From assembly GCA_037439645.1 (NCBI GenBank), contig JBBIVQ010000003.1, forward strand, positions 3,879 through 67,878: a stretch of DNA of 64,000 nucleotides, read 5' to 3'. Both the position numbers and the translations under genes were made by a program. This document shows, piece after piece, positions 38,679 through 47,876 of the stretch. The stretch is from Deltaproteobacteria bacterium. Lineage in GTDB: Bacteria; Desulfobacterota; Deferrimicrobia; Deferrimicrobiales; Deferrimicrobiaceae. The notes below the pieces were generated by a model. It was given only the letters and a program-made list of their open reading frames with translations. It ran no database searches and was not told the origin of the DNA. Every line of letters starts with the position of its first letter. The first letter of the stretch is position 1.

Positions 38679-39395
38679 TCATCCCGGTGTGTTTTCCCGG
38701 TCGAGCGTGTTGAGGTACACCTGGACGATCTTGTTGAGCGGGTCCTTGTAGAGCGCTTCCTCCCACGCGCGGCGCGCCCGCGACTTCTCCCCGGCGAGGA
38801 AGTGGAGGATCCCCTGCTGGAGGAGACCCGCCGGGTTCCCCGGGGCCTCCGCGAGAAACGCCTCCACCTCGTTTCGCGCTTCGCCCGTGCGCCCCGCCTC
38901 CCGGAGCGCTTTCACCAGGCGGATCCGGAGGTCCGGGTACCCGGGCGCGACCGAGAGGGCGTTCCGGAATTCGCGGATCGCATCGTCGTGCTGCCCCAGG
39001 GCGAGGTAGAGTTCCCCGAGTTCCTTGTGCAGGTTCGCGATCCGCCCACGGAACAGGTTCTCCCCGGGCGATCCTCCCTGGCGGGAGAGGATCTCCGCGG
39101 CGCGGTTGTACGCGACCCTCGCCTCGTCGTACCGGCCCATGTCGTTCAGCGTGATGGAGAGGGAAAGAAACGCCTCGGTGTAGTCGGGGTTGAGGGCGAC
39201 CGCCTGCCCGAACCGCTCGACCGCCTGACGGTACCTGCCCCTCTGGTGATCGATCAGCCCGAGCGCGTAATGGATGTCCGGATAGGTCGCTCCTGCCGCG
39301 AGGGCATCGAGCAGTTGCCGCTCGGACCGCGCGCAGTCCGCCTCGCTGAAGGCGTTTTTCCCCATGCGGATCAGCCCCGCCAGTTCCCGGCTCAC
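38679..39395 (-). CDS. TPR-repeat protein
   Basis: 238 aa of canonical TPR repeats (YALGLIDHQRGRYRQAVERFGQAVALNPDYTEAF...). ATGA overlap with bamD. Confidence 0.7.
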   Translation of the reverse strand: MSRELAGLIRMGKNAFSEADCARSERQLLDALAAGATYPDIHYALGLIDHQRGRYRQAVERFGQAVALNPDYTEAFLSLSITLNDMGRYDEARVAYNRAAEILSRQGGSPGENLFRGRIANLHKELGELYLALGQHDDAIREFRNALSVAPGYPDLRIRLVKALREAGRTGEARNEVEAFLAEAPGNPAGLLQQGILHFLAGEKSRARRAWEEALYKDPLNKIVQVYLNTLDRENTPG

Positions 39396-40123
39396 CGTTC
39401 TTTCCCTCCGCGGTCGGATTTCGTTTCCGGCGGCGTCTTCCGGCCCGATTCCGTTTCGGCGGGCTTTCCCTGCTTTTCGAGCGCCTGCGCGAGCAGGGAG
39501 CGGAGCGACACGGTCGCGGGCACGTCCGGAAACGCCGCGACCGCCCGCCGCGCCCGCGCCTCGGCGCTGTCGAACCGTTTCCGGGAGAGGAAGTGGGCCA
39601 CCACGGAGGCTTCGTGAAGAGCCAGCCGGTTATTCAGATCGCGGATCTTCCCGGAGACTTCCCGCGCGCGGGAGGTGTCCGGCTCCCTTTCGAGGAACAG
39701 CGAATACGCCTTGATCGCTTCCCGCGTTTTCCCCTGGTCTCTTCCGGGAGGCAGGATCTGCCTGGAGAGCAGGTTGCCTTTCAGGAGGAGGGCGTCGGGA
39801 ACCTTCGGATCCGCGGGGTAGAGACGCAGGAAGTCGTCGAACGCCGCCTCGGCCTCGATCTCGTCCCTGTTCGCCATCCGGTTCGAAGCGAGGCCGAATT
39901 GCGCGCGTGCCGCCAGCGGGGAGGTGGGGAACCGTTCGAGAAGGACCCGGAACGCCTCCGAGGCGGCGGCGTAATGCTTCCGCTCCTCGTGGCGTTGGCC
40001 GCGCGCGAACAGCTCCGCGTCGGTGATCCCCGCCTGCCGCGAGAGGTTTTCGGAGCATCCGGAGGAAGAAAGAAGCAGCATCAGGGCCGCCCCGGTGGCG
40101 AGAAGAAGACGGTTCCTCCGCAT
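39392..40123 (-). CDS. bamD: Outer-membrane protein assembly factor BamD (TPR lipoprotein)
   Basis: The start is at MRRNRLLLATGAALMLLLSSSGC (lipobox). BamD-like TPR helices (AEAAFDDFLRLYPADPKVPDALLLKGN...). The N-terminal 630 aa of the 874-aa track ORF is shadow. An AT-rich divergent promoter region lies upstream. Confidence 0.75.
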   Translation of the reverse strand: MRRNRLLLATGAALMLLLSSSGCSENLSRQAGITDAELFARGQRHEERKHYAAASEAFRVLLERFPTSPLAARAQFGLASNRMANRDEIEAEAAFDDFLRLYPADPKVPDALLLKGNLLSRQILPPGRDQGKTREAIKAYSLFLEREPDTSRAREVSGKIRDLNNRLALHEASVVAHFLSRKRFDSAEARARRAVAAFPDVPATVSLRSLLAQALEKQGKPAETESGRKTPPETKSDRGGKER

Positions 40124-40165
40124 CCTGAAACCGTAATATAGCCATCCCGCAATGTCAATGCTACC

Positions 40166-42262
40166 ATGGCAGGCGTGAAGCTCCGCGTCATCCTCGTGGT
40201 CCTTTCGTTCCTCTCTTTTCTCTCCGTTTCCGTCGCCGGGTACGTCTACCTGCGTTCCCTGCGGGATTCCGCCTACAAGGAGGCGGGGACGGACAGCGCC
40301 TTGCAGGCGGAACGGATCCGGAACGGGGTCTCCTCGTTCCTCGCCGAGAACCTGAAGACGGCCCACGCCCTCGCCGGCCTGAAGGAGATGGGGGACGTCC
40401 TGTCCCGTCCCCGGGGACCGTATCTCGCGCGGGCGAACGCCGTTCTCGACCATTTCCGGAACGCTCTCGGGGCCGACGTCTGCTACGTCATGGACCGCGA
40501 CGGGACCACGGTAGCGTCCAGCAACCGGGACGCGCCGGACAGTTTTGTCGGGAAGAATTTCGCGTTCCGCCCGTACTGGAAGAATGCGATCCGGGGGGCG
40601 CCCGCAACCTACATGGCGCAGGGGGTGGCGTCGAACGTCCGCGGCGTCTACTTCAGCCACCCCGTGTACGCGGATCCGTCCGCACCACCCGTCGGCGTCG
40701 CGGTGATCAAGGTTTCCACCGGGCCGATCGAGCGGGAATTCCGCCAGGGCGGCGAGGCGATCGTCCTTCTTGCGGATCCGAAGGGGATCGTGTTCGCCGC
40801 CAGCCGGAAGGAGTGGCTCTACCGTTCCCTCCAGGGCCTCACCCAGGAGGACGTCGAGGAGGTGGTGCGTTCCCAGCAGTTCGGGCCGGGGCCGTGGGAG
40901 TGGAGCGGCCTTTCGATCCTCGGGGACGGCACGGCGCGGGACGCGAACGGAAGGGATTACCGGTTCTACCGCCTGGAGGTCTCGACGTATCCCGGATGGA
41001 GCGTGGTGTATCTGGACGACCTGCGCGCGGTCGCGAGGAAGATCTCCGCTCCCCTGTTTCGCGCCACGGGCCCGATCATCCTGGCCCTCTGCTTCCTCAT
41101 CGGGCTCTCCGTCCTTTTCCTGTACCGGAGGGCGAGCGACGACATCGTGCGGCGAAAGGCGGCCGAGGAAGCGCTTCGGGAGGCCCAGAAACAACTGACG
41201 CTCCACTCGGGGGAACTGGAGCGGCAGGTGAAGGAGCGGACCCGGCGGTTCACGAACATTCTCCGGCACACCCCGGCCGTGGTGTACGTCAAGGACCGCG
41301 AGGGGCGGTACGTTTACGTCAATCCGCGGTTCACCGGCCTGTTCGGCGTCCGGAACGTCGAGGTTCGGGGAAAGACCGACTTCGACGTTTTCCCCGGCGA
41401 GTTCGCCGGCGCGTTGCGGGAGAACGACCGGAAAGTGTTCGACGGGGGCGGCCCGATCCAGGTCGAGGAGACGTTTCCGCAGGACGAAGGGGCGCACGTC
41501 TACCTCTCCACGCGGTTTCCCATTTACGATGAGGATGGGAAGGCGACCGCCCTTTGCGGGATCTCTACCGATATCTCCGGGATCAAGAAGGCGGAGGACC
41601 AGTTGCGGCGCCTCTCCGACAGCATCATCGCGGGGCAGGAGAAGGAACGCGCCGCCGTGGCGCGCGAGCTCCACGACGAGTTCGGACAGGTGTTGACCGC
41701 CCTCGGACTCGACGCCGCGTGGCTCCGGGACCGGCTGAAGGAGTCCGATCCGGAAGGGTCGCGGCAGGCGCAGGCCATGTGCGGGGTCATCGGCAAGGCG
41801 ATCGACGACGTCCGGGGGATCGCGATCCGGCTTCGCCCGGGCGCTCTCGACCACCTCGGCCTCGTGGACGCGCTCGACTGGTACATCCGGGACTTCGAGA
41901 AGCGTTCGAGGATACGATGCGCTTATCGCCACGGCCGGATCCCCCGGATCGCCGACAAGGCGGCGACCGCCGCCTACCGGATCGCCCAGGAGTCGTTGAC
42001 GAACGTGGCCCGGCACTCCGGCGCTTCGAGGGTCGACGTCGTTCTGCGGGCGGAGGAGGGGGAACTGGTCCTGTCGGTCGAAGACGACGGGAAAGGGATC
42101 GATCCGGGACAGCTGGGGGAATCGTCGGGGCTGGGGGTGGTCGGAATGCGGGAGCGCGCGTCCCTGATCGGGGGGGTGCTGTCGATCGGCCCCGGCGCCG
42201 TCGGGGGAGTCCGGGTCGGGTTGCGCGTCCCGCTCGCCGCGGTGAAGGGCGACCCGGCATGA
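40166..42262 (+). CDS. Sensor histidine kinase (periplasmic Cache-like sensor, PAS, HisKA_3, HATPase)
   Basis: Two TM helices flank a ~260-aa periplasmic domain. A PAS segment follows. H-box ARELHDEFGQVLTAL (NarX/UhpB-type HisKA_3). ATPase G-boxes (GLGVVGMRER). Confidence 0.85.
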   Translation: MAGVKLRVILVVLSFLSFLSVSVAGYVYLRSLRDSAYKEAGTDSALQAERIRNGVSSFLAENLKTAHALAGLKEMGDVLSRPRGPYLARANAVLDHFRNALGADVCYVMDRDGTTVASSNRDAPDSFVGKNFAFRPYWKNAIRGAPATYMAQGVASNVRGVYFSHPVYADPSAPPVGVAVIKVSTGPIEREFRQGGEAIVLLADPKGIVFAASRKEWLYRSLQGLTQEDVEEVVRSQQFGPGPWEWSGLSILGDGTARDANGRDYRFYRLEVSTYPGWSVVYLDDLRAVARKISAPLFRATGPIILALCFLIGLSVLFLYRRASDDIVRRKAAEEALREAQKQLTLHSGELERQVKERTRRFTNILRHTPAVVYVKDREGRYVYVNPRFTGLFGVRNVEVRGKTDFDVFPGEFAGALRENDRKVFDGGGPIQVEETFPQDEGAHVYLSTRFPIYDEDGKATALCGISTDISGIKKAEDQLRRLSDSIIAGQEKERAAVARELHDEFGQVLTALGLDAAWLRDRLKESDPEGSRQAQAMCGVIGKAIDDVRGIAIRLRPGALDHLGLVDALDWYIRDFEKRSRIRCAYRHGRIPRIADKAATAAYRIAQESLTNVARHSGASRVDVVLRAEEGELVLSVEDDGKGIDPGQLGESSGLGVVGMRERASLIGGVLSIGPGAVGGVRVGLRVPLAAVKGDPA

Positions 42263-42897
42263 TCCGCGTCCTGCTGGCCGACGACCACAGCATCGTCCGG
42301 GACGGGTTGCGCCGCCTGGTGGAAGGCGCGGGCGACATGTCCGTGGTGGCGGAGGCGGCCGACGGGCGGGAGGCGATCCGGAAGGCGGCCGAATCCCACC
42401 CGGACGTCGCCGTGATCGACATCTCGATGCCCGGGCTGGACGGCCTGGAAGTGGTGGAGCGGATCCGCGCAGCGCACCCCGAGACGGCGGTCCTCGTGCT
42501 GACGATGCACGAAGAGGAGCAGTACGTGGTCCGCGCGATCGGAGCGGGCGCCGGGGGATACATCACGAAGCGGGCGGCGGCCGACCAGCTCATCCGGGGG
42601 ATCCGCAAGGTGCACGAGGGGGGGAGGTACCTGAGCGACGCCGCCGCGGAGGCGCTCGCCCGGAGGATCGGGAAAGGGCCGGAGGGGCGCACCTCCCTCG
42701 ACGCCCTGTCGATGCGGGAGATCCAGGTGCTGCGCAGCCTCGCGCTCGGAAAGAGCAACCGGGAGATCGCCGGAAGCTACGGCATCAGCGTGAAGACCGT
42801 CGACACGTACCGGTCCCGGCTCCTGAAGAAGCTGGGGCTGCGCAACAACGCGGAGATCGCGCGTTTCGCGATCCGGAACCGGATCGTCGATTCGTGA
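42259..42897 (+). CDS. NarL/LuxR-family response regulator
   Basis: REC domain (MIRVLLADDHSIVRDG...DVAVIDISMPGLDG) plus LuxR HTH (LSMREIQVLRSLALGKSNREIAG). ATGA overlap with the kinase. Confidence 0.9.
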   Translation: MIRVLLADDHSIVRDGLRRLVEGAGDMSVVAEAADGREAIRKAAESHPDVAVIDISMPGLDGLEVVERIRAAHPETAVLVLTMHEEEQYVVRAIGAGAGGYITKRAAADQLIRGIRKVHEGGRYLSDAAAEALARRIGKGPEGRTSLDALSMREIQVLRSLALGKSNREIAGSYGISVKTVDTYRSRLLKKLGLRNNAEIARFAIRNRIVDS

Positions 42898-42977
42898 GGC
42901 TTTCCGGCCCGGCAGGCCGTAGGAAAATTCCCTACAGAAGAATCCGAACCGTCCCGATGCCCCCGTTCCCGTTCCCT

Positions 42978-42986
42978 TGGTATACT
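42978..42986 (+). promoter_or_regulatory. Candidate extended -10 promoter element (TGgTATACT) upstream of livK
   Basis: TATACT at 42981-42986 with TG at the -15/-14 position, ~90 nt before the livK start. No convincing -35. Confidence 0.25.
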
Positions 42987-43074
42987 TGCATGCGCACGGG
43001 GGTTTCATGAACCGTTCTCAGACTGCGCCGCGGTACGGTCGTCGGCCGGCCGCAGGCGGAAAAAGGGAGGGGAG

Positions 43075-44277
43075 ATGAAGGAAACGATCGGTAAGACGTT
43101 GGTCGTTGTCGCGGCGATCCTGTCGCTCGTCGCCGGTGCGTCCGCGGTGCTTGCGGCCGAACCCGTCAAGGTCGGCGTTCTGCTTCCGCTGACCGGATCG
43201 ATGGCCAAGTTCGGGGAGATCGAGAAGCGCTCCTTCGAGATGGCCCTCGAGGAGATCAATGCGAAAGGCGGCGTGCGGGGGAGCAAGATCCAGCTCGTCT
43301 TCGAGGACGACACGGGGAAGCCCGAAGTCGGCCGGTCCGCGCTGGAGAAGCTGATTTCCCGGGACAAGGTCCCCGTCGTCACCGGCGGGTATTCGAGCGC
43401 GGTGACCGCGGCGACCGCGCCGGTCGCCCAGCAGTTCAAGGTCCCTTTCGTCATCAACACCGGATCCGCGGACGACGTCACCGAGAAGGGATACAACTAC
43501 GTGTTCCGGATCAATCCCCCGGCGAGCGAATATCCGAACGCCGTGATGTCGTTCCTGAAATCCGTCGCGAAGGTAAAGACGGTCGCGATCCTGTACGAGA
43601 ACACGCAGTTCGGGCAGTCGAGCTCGAAGGCGTTCGAGAAGGATTGCGCGGCCGCGGGGATCAAGGTCCTCGTCAAGGAGGGGTACCAGGCGGGCGCGAT
43701 CGACTTCAAGCCGCTTCTCACCAAGGTGAAGGCGGCCAACCCGGAGATGATCTACATGGTCTCCTACGTCATGGACGCGTCGCTGCTGATGCGCCAGTCG
43801 AAGGAGCTCGGGATCAACCCGAAACTGTTCGTGGGCGGCGGCGCGGGCTTCACGCTTCCCGAGTTCGCGAAGAGCGCGGGCGGCGCGGCCGAGCACGTGT
43901 ACTCGGCGACGCTCTGGGTCGAGACCCTTCCGTTCCCGGGCGCCAAGGCATATTTCAACAACTTCAAGAAGCGGTACGGTTCCGATACCGAGTATCACGG
44001 CGCGGAGGCGTACGCGGCGATGTACGTGGTCGCCGACGCGCTGAAGCGGGCGAAGAGCCTCGCTCCCGCGGACGTGCGGGACTCCCTCGCGGCGACCAAC
44101 ATGAAGACCGCCTTCGGGCCGGTGAAGTTCGTCTCCTACGGGAAGAAGACGCAGCAGAACAAGCTCGACACCTACGTGGTCCAGTGGCAGAAGGGGGAGC
44201 TGGAAGCGGTGTGGCCCACCTCCGTCGCCACGAAGAAGTACGTGTATCCCACGCCTCCGTGGGACAAGCGGAAGTGA
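43075..44277 (+). CDS. livK: Branched-chain amino acid ABC transporter substrate-binding protein
   Basis: Signal peptide, then the Leu/Ile/Val-binding periplasmic protein family (VKVGVLLPLTGSMAKFGE...). RBS GGGAGGGGAG. Confidence 0.9.
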   Translation: MKETIGKTLVVVAAILSLVAGASAVLAAEPVKVGVLLPLTGSMAKFGEIEKRSFEMALEEINAKGGVRGSKIQLVFEDDTGKPEVGRSALEKLISRDKVPVVTGGYSSAVTAATAPVAQQFKVPFVINTGSADDVTEKGYNYVFRINPPASEYPNAVMSFLKSVAKVKTVAILYENTQFGQSSSKAFEKDCAAAGIKVLVKEGYQAGAIDFKPLLTKVKAANPEMIYMVSYVMDASLLMRQSKELGINPKLFVGGGAGFTLPEFAKSAGGAAEHVYSATLWVETLPFPGAKAYFNNFKKRYGSDTEYHGAEAYAAMYVVADALKRAKSLAPADVRDSLAATNMKTAFGPVKFVSYGKKTQQNKLDTYVVQWQKGELEAVWPTSVATKKYVYPTPPWDKRK

Positions 44278-44384
44278 TCGTCGAGGACTGAACCGACCGG
44301 CATGCCTCCGGGCGGCACCGTCGGTGCCGCCCGGAGGACCCCATCCGCGGCCTGGCCGGAGCCGCACCGGGAACGGGAGATTCC

Positions 44385-45257
44385 ATGGACGTCTTCCTGC
44401 AGACCGTCGTCGCCGGTTTCCTCAAGGGCGGCCTCTACGCCCTGATCGGGATCGGAATGACCCTCATCATGGGCGTCATGGGGATCATCAACCTGGCGCA
44501 CGGTCAGCTCATGATGCTGGCGATGTACGTCACCTTCCTCCTGAACACGATGGGGGTCGATCCGTACGTCTCGCTGTTCGTCGCGATGCCGGCGCTGTTC
44601 CTGGTCGGCGTCGCGATCCAGAAGTTCCTCCTGAACCCCCTCATCAAGGTCGAAACGATCCTTCCCGAGAACCAGGTCCTGATGACCGTGGGGATCGGGA
44701 TGGTGATCACCGAGATCGCGCGCTTCCTCTTCAAATCCGACTACAAGTACGTCAAGACCGACTACGCCAACGCGACCTTCTTCCTCGGGAAGATCTCCTT
44801 CAGCGTCGCGCTGACGATCGCGTTCGCGATCGCGCTGGCGTTCACCGCCGCGATGTTCTGGTTCCTCCTCAAGACCGACCTCGGGCGCTCCATCCGGGCG
44901 ACGGCCCAGGACAAGGACGCGGCCACCCTGATGGGCGTGCACACGGGCCGCATCACCGTGATCACGTTCGGGCTCGGAGCCGCGCTCGTCGCGGCGGCCG
45001 GATCCCTGCTGGCTCCGGTCTACTACATCTTCCCGGACCTCGGGGGGCCGTTTACCGCGAAGGCGTTCATCATCACGATCCTCGGCGGACTGGGGTCCAC
45101 GGTCGGCGCCATCCTCGGCGGGGTTACGCTCGGCATGGCGGAGAGCCTCGGCGCGACGTACCTCGGGATGGAGTACGAGGACATCGTCGGGCTGGCGATC
45201 TTCATCGCGGTGCTGCTCTTCCTTCCGGGCGGGTTCAAGCGCCTGACCAAAGTCTGA
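44385..45257 (+). CDS. livH: Branched-chain amino acid ABC transporter permease
   Basis: MDVFLQTVVAGFLKGGLYALIGIGMTLIMGV... is the LivH family. Confidence 0.9.
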   Translation: MDVFLQTVVAGFLKGGLYALIGIGMTLIMGVMGIINLAHGQLMMLAMYVTFLLNTMGVDPYVSLFVAMPALFLVGVAIQKFLLNPLIKVETILPENQVLMTVGIGMVITEIARFLFKSDYKYVKTDYANATFFLGKISFSVALTIAFAIALAFTAAMFWFLLKTDLGRSIRATAQDKDAATLMGVHTGRITVITFGLGAALVAAAGSLLAPVYYIFPDLGGPFTAKAFIITILGGLGSTVGAILGGVTLGMAESLGATYLGMEYEDIVGLAIFIAVLLFLPGGFKRLTKV

Positions 45258-45273
45258 ACGACCGGAGCGCCCG

Positions 45274-46278
45274 ATGAAAAAGAATGCGGTCCCACTCGTG
45301 TTGTTCGCGGCCCTGGCGGCGTTCCCGCTGGTCGTCACGAGCAACTACTTCCTGCACCTCATGATCCTCTTCCTGTTGTGGGTCGTGATCGGGTCGTCCT
45401 GGAACGTCCTTGCGGGGTACACGGGGCAGGTCTCCTTCGGACACGCCGCCTTTTTCGGCGTCGGCGCCTACACGGCGGGTCTCCTGTCCCAGCATCTGCA
45501 GATCTCGCCCTGGTGGGGGATGGCCCTCGGCGGGTTCGTCGCCGTGCTGATCGGTCTTCCCTTCGGGGCGATCTGCTTCCCCCTGCGGGGAGCGTACTTC
45601 GCCCTGGCGACGCTCGCCCTCGGGGAGGGGATGCGCCACATCGCGACGATCTCCGAGTCGTTCACCGGCGGGATGATGGGGATCATGATCATGCCTTCGT
45701 TCGTCTCGAAGATCCCCTACTACTACATTTCGCTCGCCCTTGCCCTCCTCTCCGTCCTGAGCATCCGGTTCGTGATCGGCTCGAAGCCCGGCTACTACTT
45801 CGTCTCGATCCGGGAGGACCAGGACGCCGCGGAGAGCCTGGGGATCGACACGACGTTGTACAAGAACGCGTCGCTCGCCATCTCATCCTTCTGGACCGGG
45901 ATGGCGGGAGCGTTCTACATGAACTACATGGGGTTCATCGATCCCCACGTCGTCTTCTCCCTGCACGAATACTCCGTCATGGCGATCCTGGTGGCGATCG
46001 TCGGCGGCGTGGGGACGATCTACGGTCCCGCGGTGGGGGCTTTCATCATGGTCGCCGTCCAGGAGTTCTTCCGGTCCGGGTTCTTCGGCCTGTTCGACTA
46101 TCTCGGCAGGACGACGGGGATGCCTGCGTTCGCCTCCGTGTCCGAAATCGTCCGCCAGGCGCACGTCCTCGGGTTCGGGGTCCTGGTCGTGGTGGTCATC
46201 CTCTTCCTTCCGAACGGGATCGTCGGGGACTGGGGGAAGATCCGAAGGAATGTGTTCCGCATCCAGCCTACGAGATAA
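45274..46278 (+). CDS. livM: Branched-chain amino acid ABC transporter permease
   Basis: LivM-family polytopic permease. Confidence 0.85.
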   Translation: MKKNAVPLVLFAALAAFPLVVTSNYFLHLMILFLLWVVIGSSWNVLAGYTGQVSFGHAAFFGVGAYTAGLLSQHLQISPWWGMALGGFVAVLIGLPFGAICFPLRGAYFALATLALGEGMRHIATISESFTGGMMGIMIMPSFVSKIPYYYISLALALLSVLSIRFVIGSKPGYYFVSIREDQDAAESLGIDTTLYKNASLAISSFWTGMAGAFYMNYMGFIDPHVVFSLHEYSVMAILVAIVGGVGTIYGPAVGAFIMVAVQEFFRSGFFGLFDYLGRTTGMPAFASVSEIVRQAHVLGFGVLVVVVILFLPNGIVGDWGKIRRNVFRIQPTR

Positions 46279-46288
46279 GGAGCCGGAC

Positions 46289-47008
46289 GTGTCCTTTTTC
46301 CGGGTGGAAAAACTCGTCAAGCGGTTCGGCGGCCTCACGGCGGTGAACGACGTGAGCTTCGACGTGAAGCAGGGGGAGATCTTCGGGTTGATCGGCCCGA
46401 ACGGGTCCGGAAAGACGACGACCTTCAACATGATCAGCGGCACCTATCCGCCGACGTCGGGAAAGGTGTTCTTCAAGGGGAAGGAGATCCAGGGGCGGAA
46501 GCCGAACAGGATCTGCCGTCTCGGGATCGGCCGGACCTTCCAGGTCGTGAAGCCCCTCGGCCGGATGACGGTTCTCGACAACGTGATCGCCGCCGCCTTC
46601 TCCCGGGAATCGAGGATGCCCGGCGCCAGAAAGCGGGCGGAGGAGACGATCGCATTCTGCGGCCTGGACCCGGTGGCGGGGATGCTGGCGAAGTCGCTCC
46701 CGATCGCGGGGCGGAAGCGCCTGGAGATCGCCCGGGCCATGGCGACCCGCCCGGAGCTGCTCCTGCTCGACGAGACCGCGGCGGGCCTCAACCCCACCGA
46801 GTCCCTCGAGGCGGTCGAACTCATCCGGAAGATCCGGGAAAACGGGACGACGATCGTCATCATCGAGCACATCATGCGGGTGATCATGACGATCTCGGAC
46901 CGGATCCACGCGATCAACTTCGGCCAGACGATCGCCGAGGGGACGCCGTCGGAGGTTGCGGCGAACCCGCAGGTGATCGAGGCCTACCTGGGGACCGACT
47001 ATGCTTGA
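46289..47008 (+). CDS. livG: Branched-chain amino acid ABC transporter ATP-binding protein
   Basis: GLIGPNGSGKTTTFN, LSGG-like signature, LLLLDETAAGLNP. The start is taken at the GTG after the AAGGAG RBS. Confidence 0.9.
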   Translation: MSFFRVEKLVKRFGGLTAVNDVSFDVKQGEIFGLIGPNGSGKTTTFNMISGTYPPTSGKVFFKGKEIQGRKPNRICRLGIGRTFQVVKPLGRMTVLDNVIAAAFSRESRMPGARKRAEETIAFCGLDPVAGMLAKSLPIAGRKRLEIARAMATRPELLLLDETAAGLNPTESLEAVELIRKIRENGTTIVIIEHIMRVIMTISDRIHAINFGQTIAEGTPSEVAANPQVIEAYLGTDYA

Positions 47009-47705
47009 CGTATCCGGGATCGACGTCTTCTACGGGGATCTCCAGGTTCTCTGGGACCTTTCCTTCCAGGTGCGGGAGAAGGAGATCGTCGTCCTGGTCG
47101 GGGCGAACGGCGCGGGGAAATCGACCACGCTGAAAACGGTCTCGGGGCTGCTCCGGCCGGCGACCGGTTCCGTCACGTTCGACGGGGCCCGGCTGGACAC
47201 GATGTCTCCCGACAAGGTGATCGGGCAGGGCGTGGTGCACGTTCCCGAGGCGCGTCGCCTGTTTCGCGAAATGTCCGTCGAGGAGAACCTCGTCATGGGT
47301 TCCCTCTCCCCCGCGGCGAAGAAGAAGAGGCGCGAAACGATCGAATGGGTGTACGAGCTCTTCCCCCGGATGAAGGAGCGCCGGAAACAGCCGGCCGGCA
47401 CGTTGAGCGGAGGGGAGCAGCAGATGTGCGCGGTCGGCCGTGGATTGATGGCGCTGCCGAAGGTCCTGATGTTCGACGAGCCGTCGCTGGGGCTCGCCCC
47501 GATCCTGGTGCAGGACGTCTTCGAAATCGTGAAACGGATCAACCGCGAGGGGGTCACGGTGCTGCTGGTGGAACAGAATGTCCGCCAGACCCTCGCCCTG
47601 TGCGACCGGGCGTACGTCCTCGAGAACGGCCGGATCGTGCTCGAGGGGACCGGGAAGGAACTGTCGGACAATCCCCACGTCAAGGAAGCATATCTGGGGA
47701 TATAA
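47001..47705 (+). CDS. livF: Branched-chain amino acid ABC transporter ATP-binding protein
   Basis: LVGANGAGKSTTLK, LSGGEQQM, LMFDEPSLGLAP. Confidence 0.9.
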   Translation: MLDVSGIDVFYGDLQVLWDLSFQVREKEIVVLVGANGAGKSTTLKTVSGLLRPATGSVTFDGARLDTMSPDKVIGQGVVHVPEARRLFREMSVEENLVMGSLSPAAKKKRRETIEWVYELFPRMKERRKQPAGTLSGGEQQMCAVGRGLMALPKVLMFDEPSLGLAPILVQDVFEIVKRINREGVTVLLVEQNVRQTLALCDRAYVLENGRIVLEGTGKELSDNPHVKEAYLGI

Positions 47706-47706
47706 C

Positions 47707-47782
47707 AGGAATATTCCCCCCCCTCGGCAGGCATGTCCCCTGAAAGCGCCTGCGCCCCGAAGAGAATTCTTCCTGCCGTATC
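47707..47782 (+). repeat. Module-A structured repeat, copy 2
   Basis: caggaatattccccccctcGGCAGGCatgtcccctgaaagcGCCTGCgccccgaagagaattcttCCTGCCgta. It starts 2 nt after the livF stop. ~80% identical to 5294-5367. Confidence 0.75.
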
Positions 47783-47811
47783 CACCGTTGTAAGCACCCA
47801 TCCGCGCCGCC

Positions 47812-47841
47812 TTGACAACCCCGTGAATGCGCCAGTATCGT
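47812..47841 (+). promoter_or_regulatory. Candidate sigma70 promoter for pepA (TTGACA-18-TATCGT)
   Basis: TTGACA at 47812-47817 with an 18-nt spacer to TATCGT, ~35 nt upstream of the pepA RBS (GAAAGAAGGGAAACG ATG). Confidence 0.3.
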
Positions 47842-47876
47842 AATCACGTCCGACAACCGATGAAAGAAGGGAAACG

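Noticed and set aside
38664-38700. C6G5 run and T-tract after alaS as an intrinsic terminator
   Set aside because: CCCCCCGGGGG has no loop, and the stem-and-T-tract geometry is poor. It also overlaps the stop of the convergent TPR gene. Too weak to call.
42961-43000. Sigma54 (-24/-12) promoter reading of TTGGTATACTTGCA upstream of livK
   Set aside because: GG-to-GC spacing is ~8-9 nt rather than the canonical 10-11. It was kept only as a weak extended -10 sigma70 candidate.
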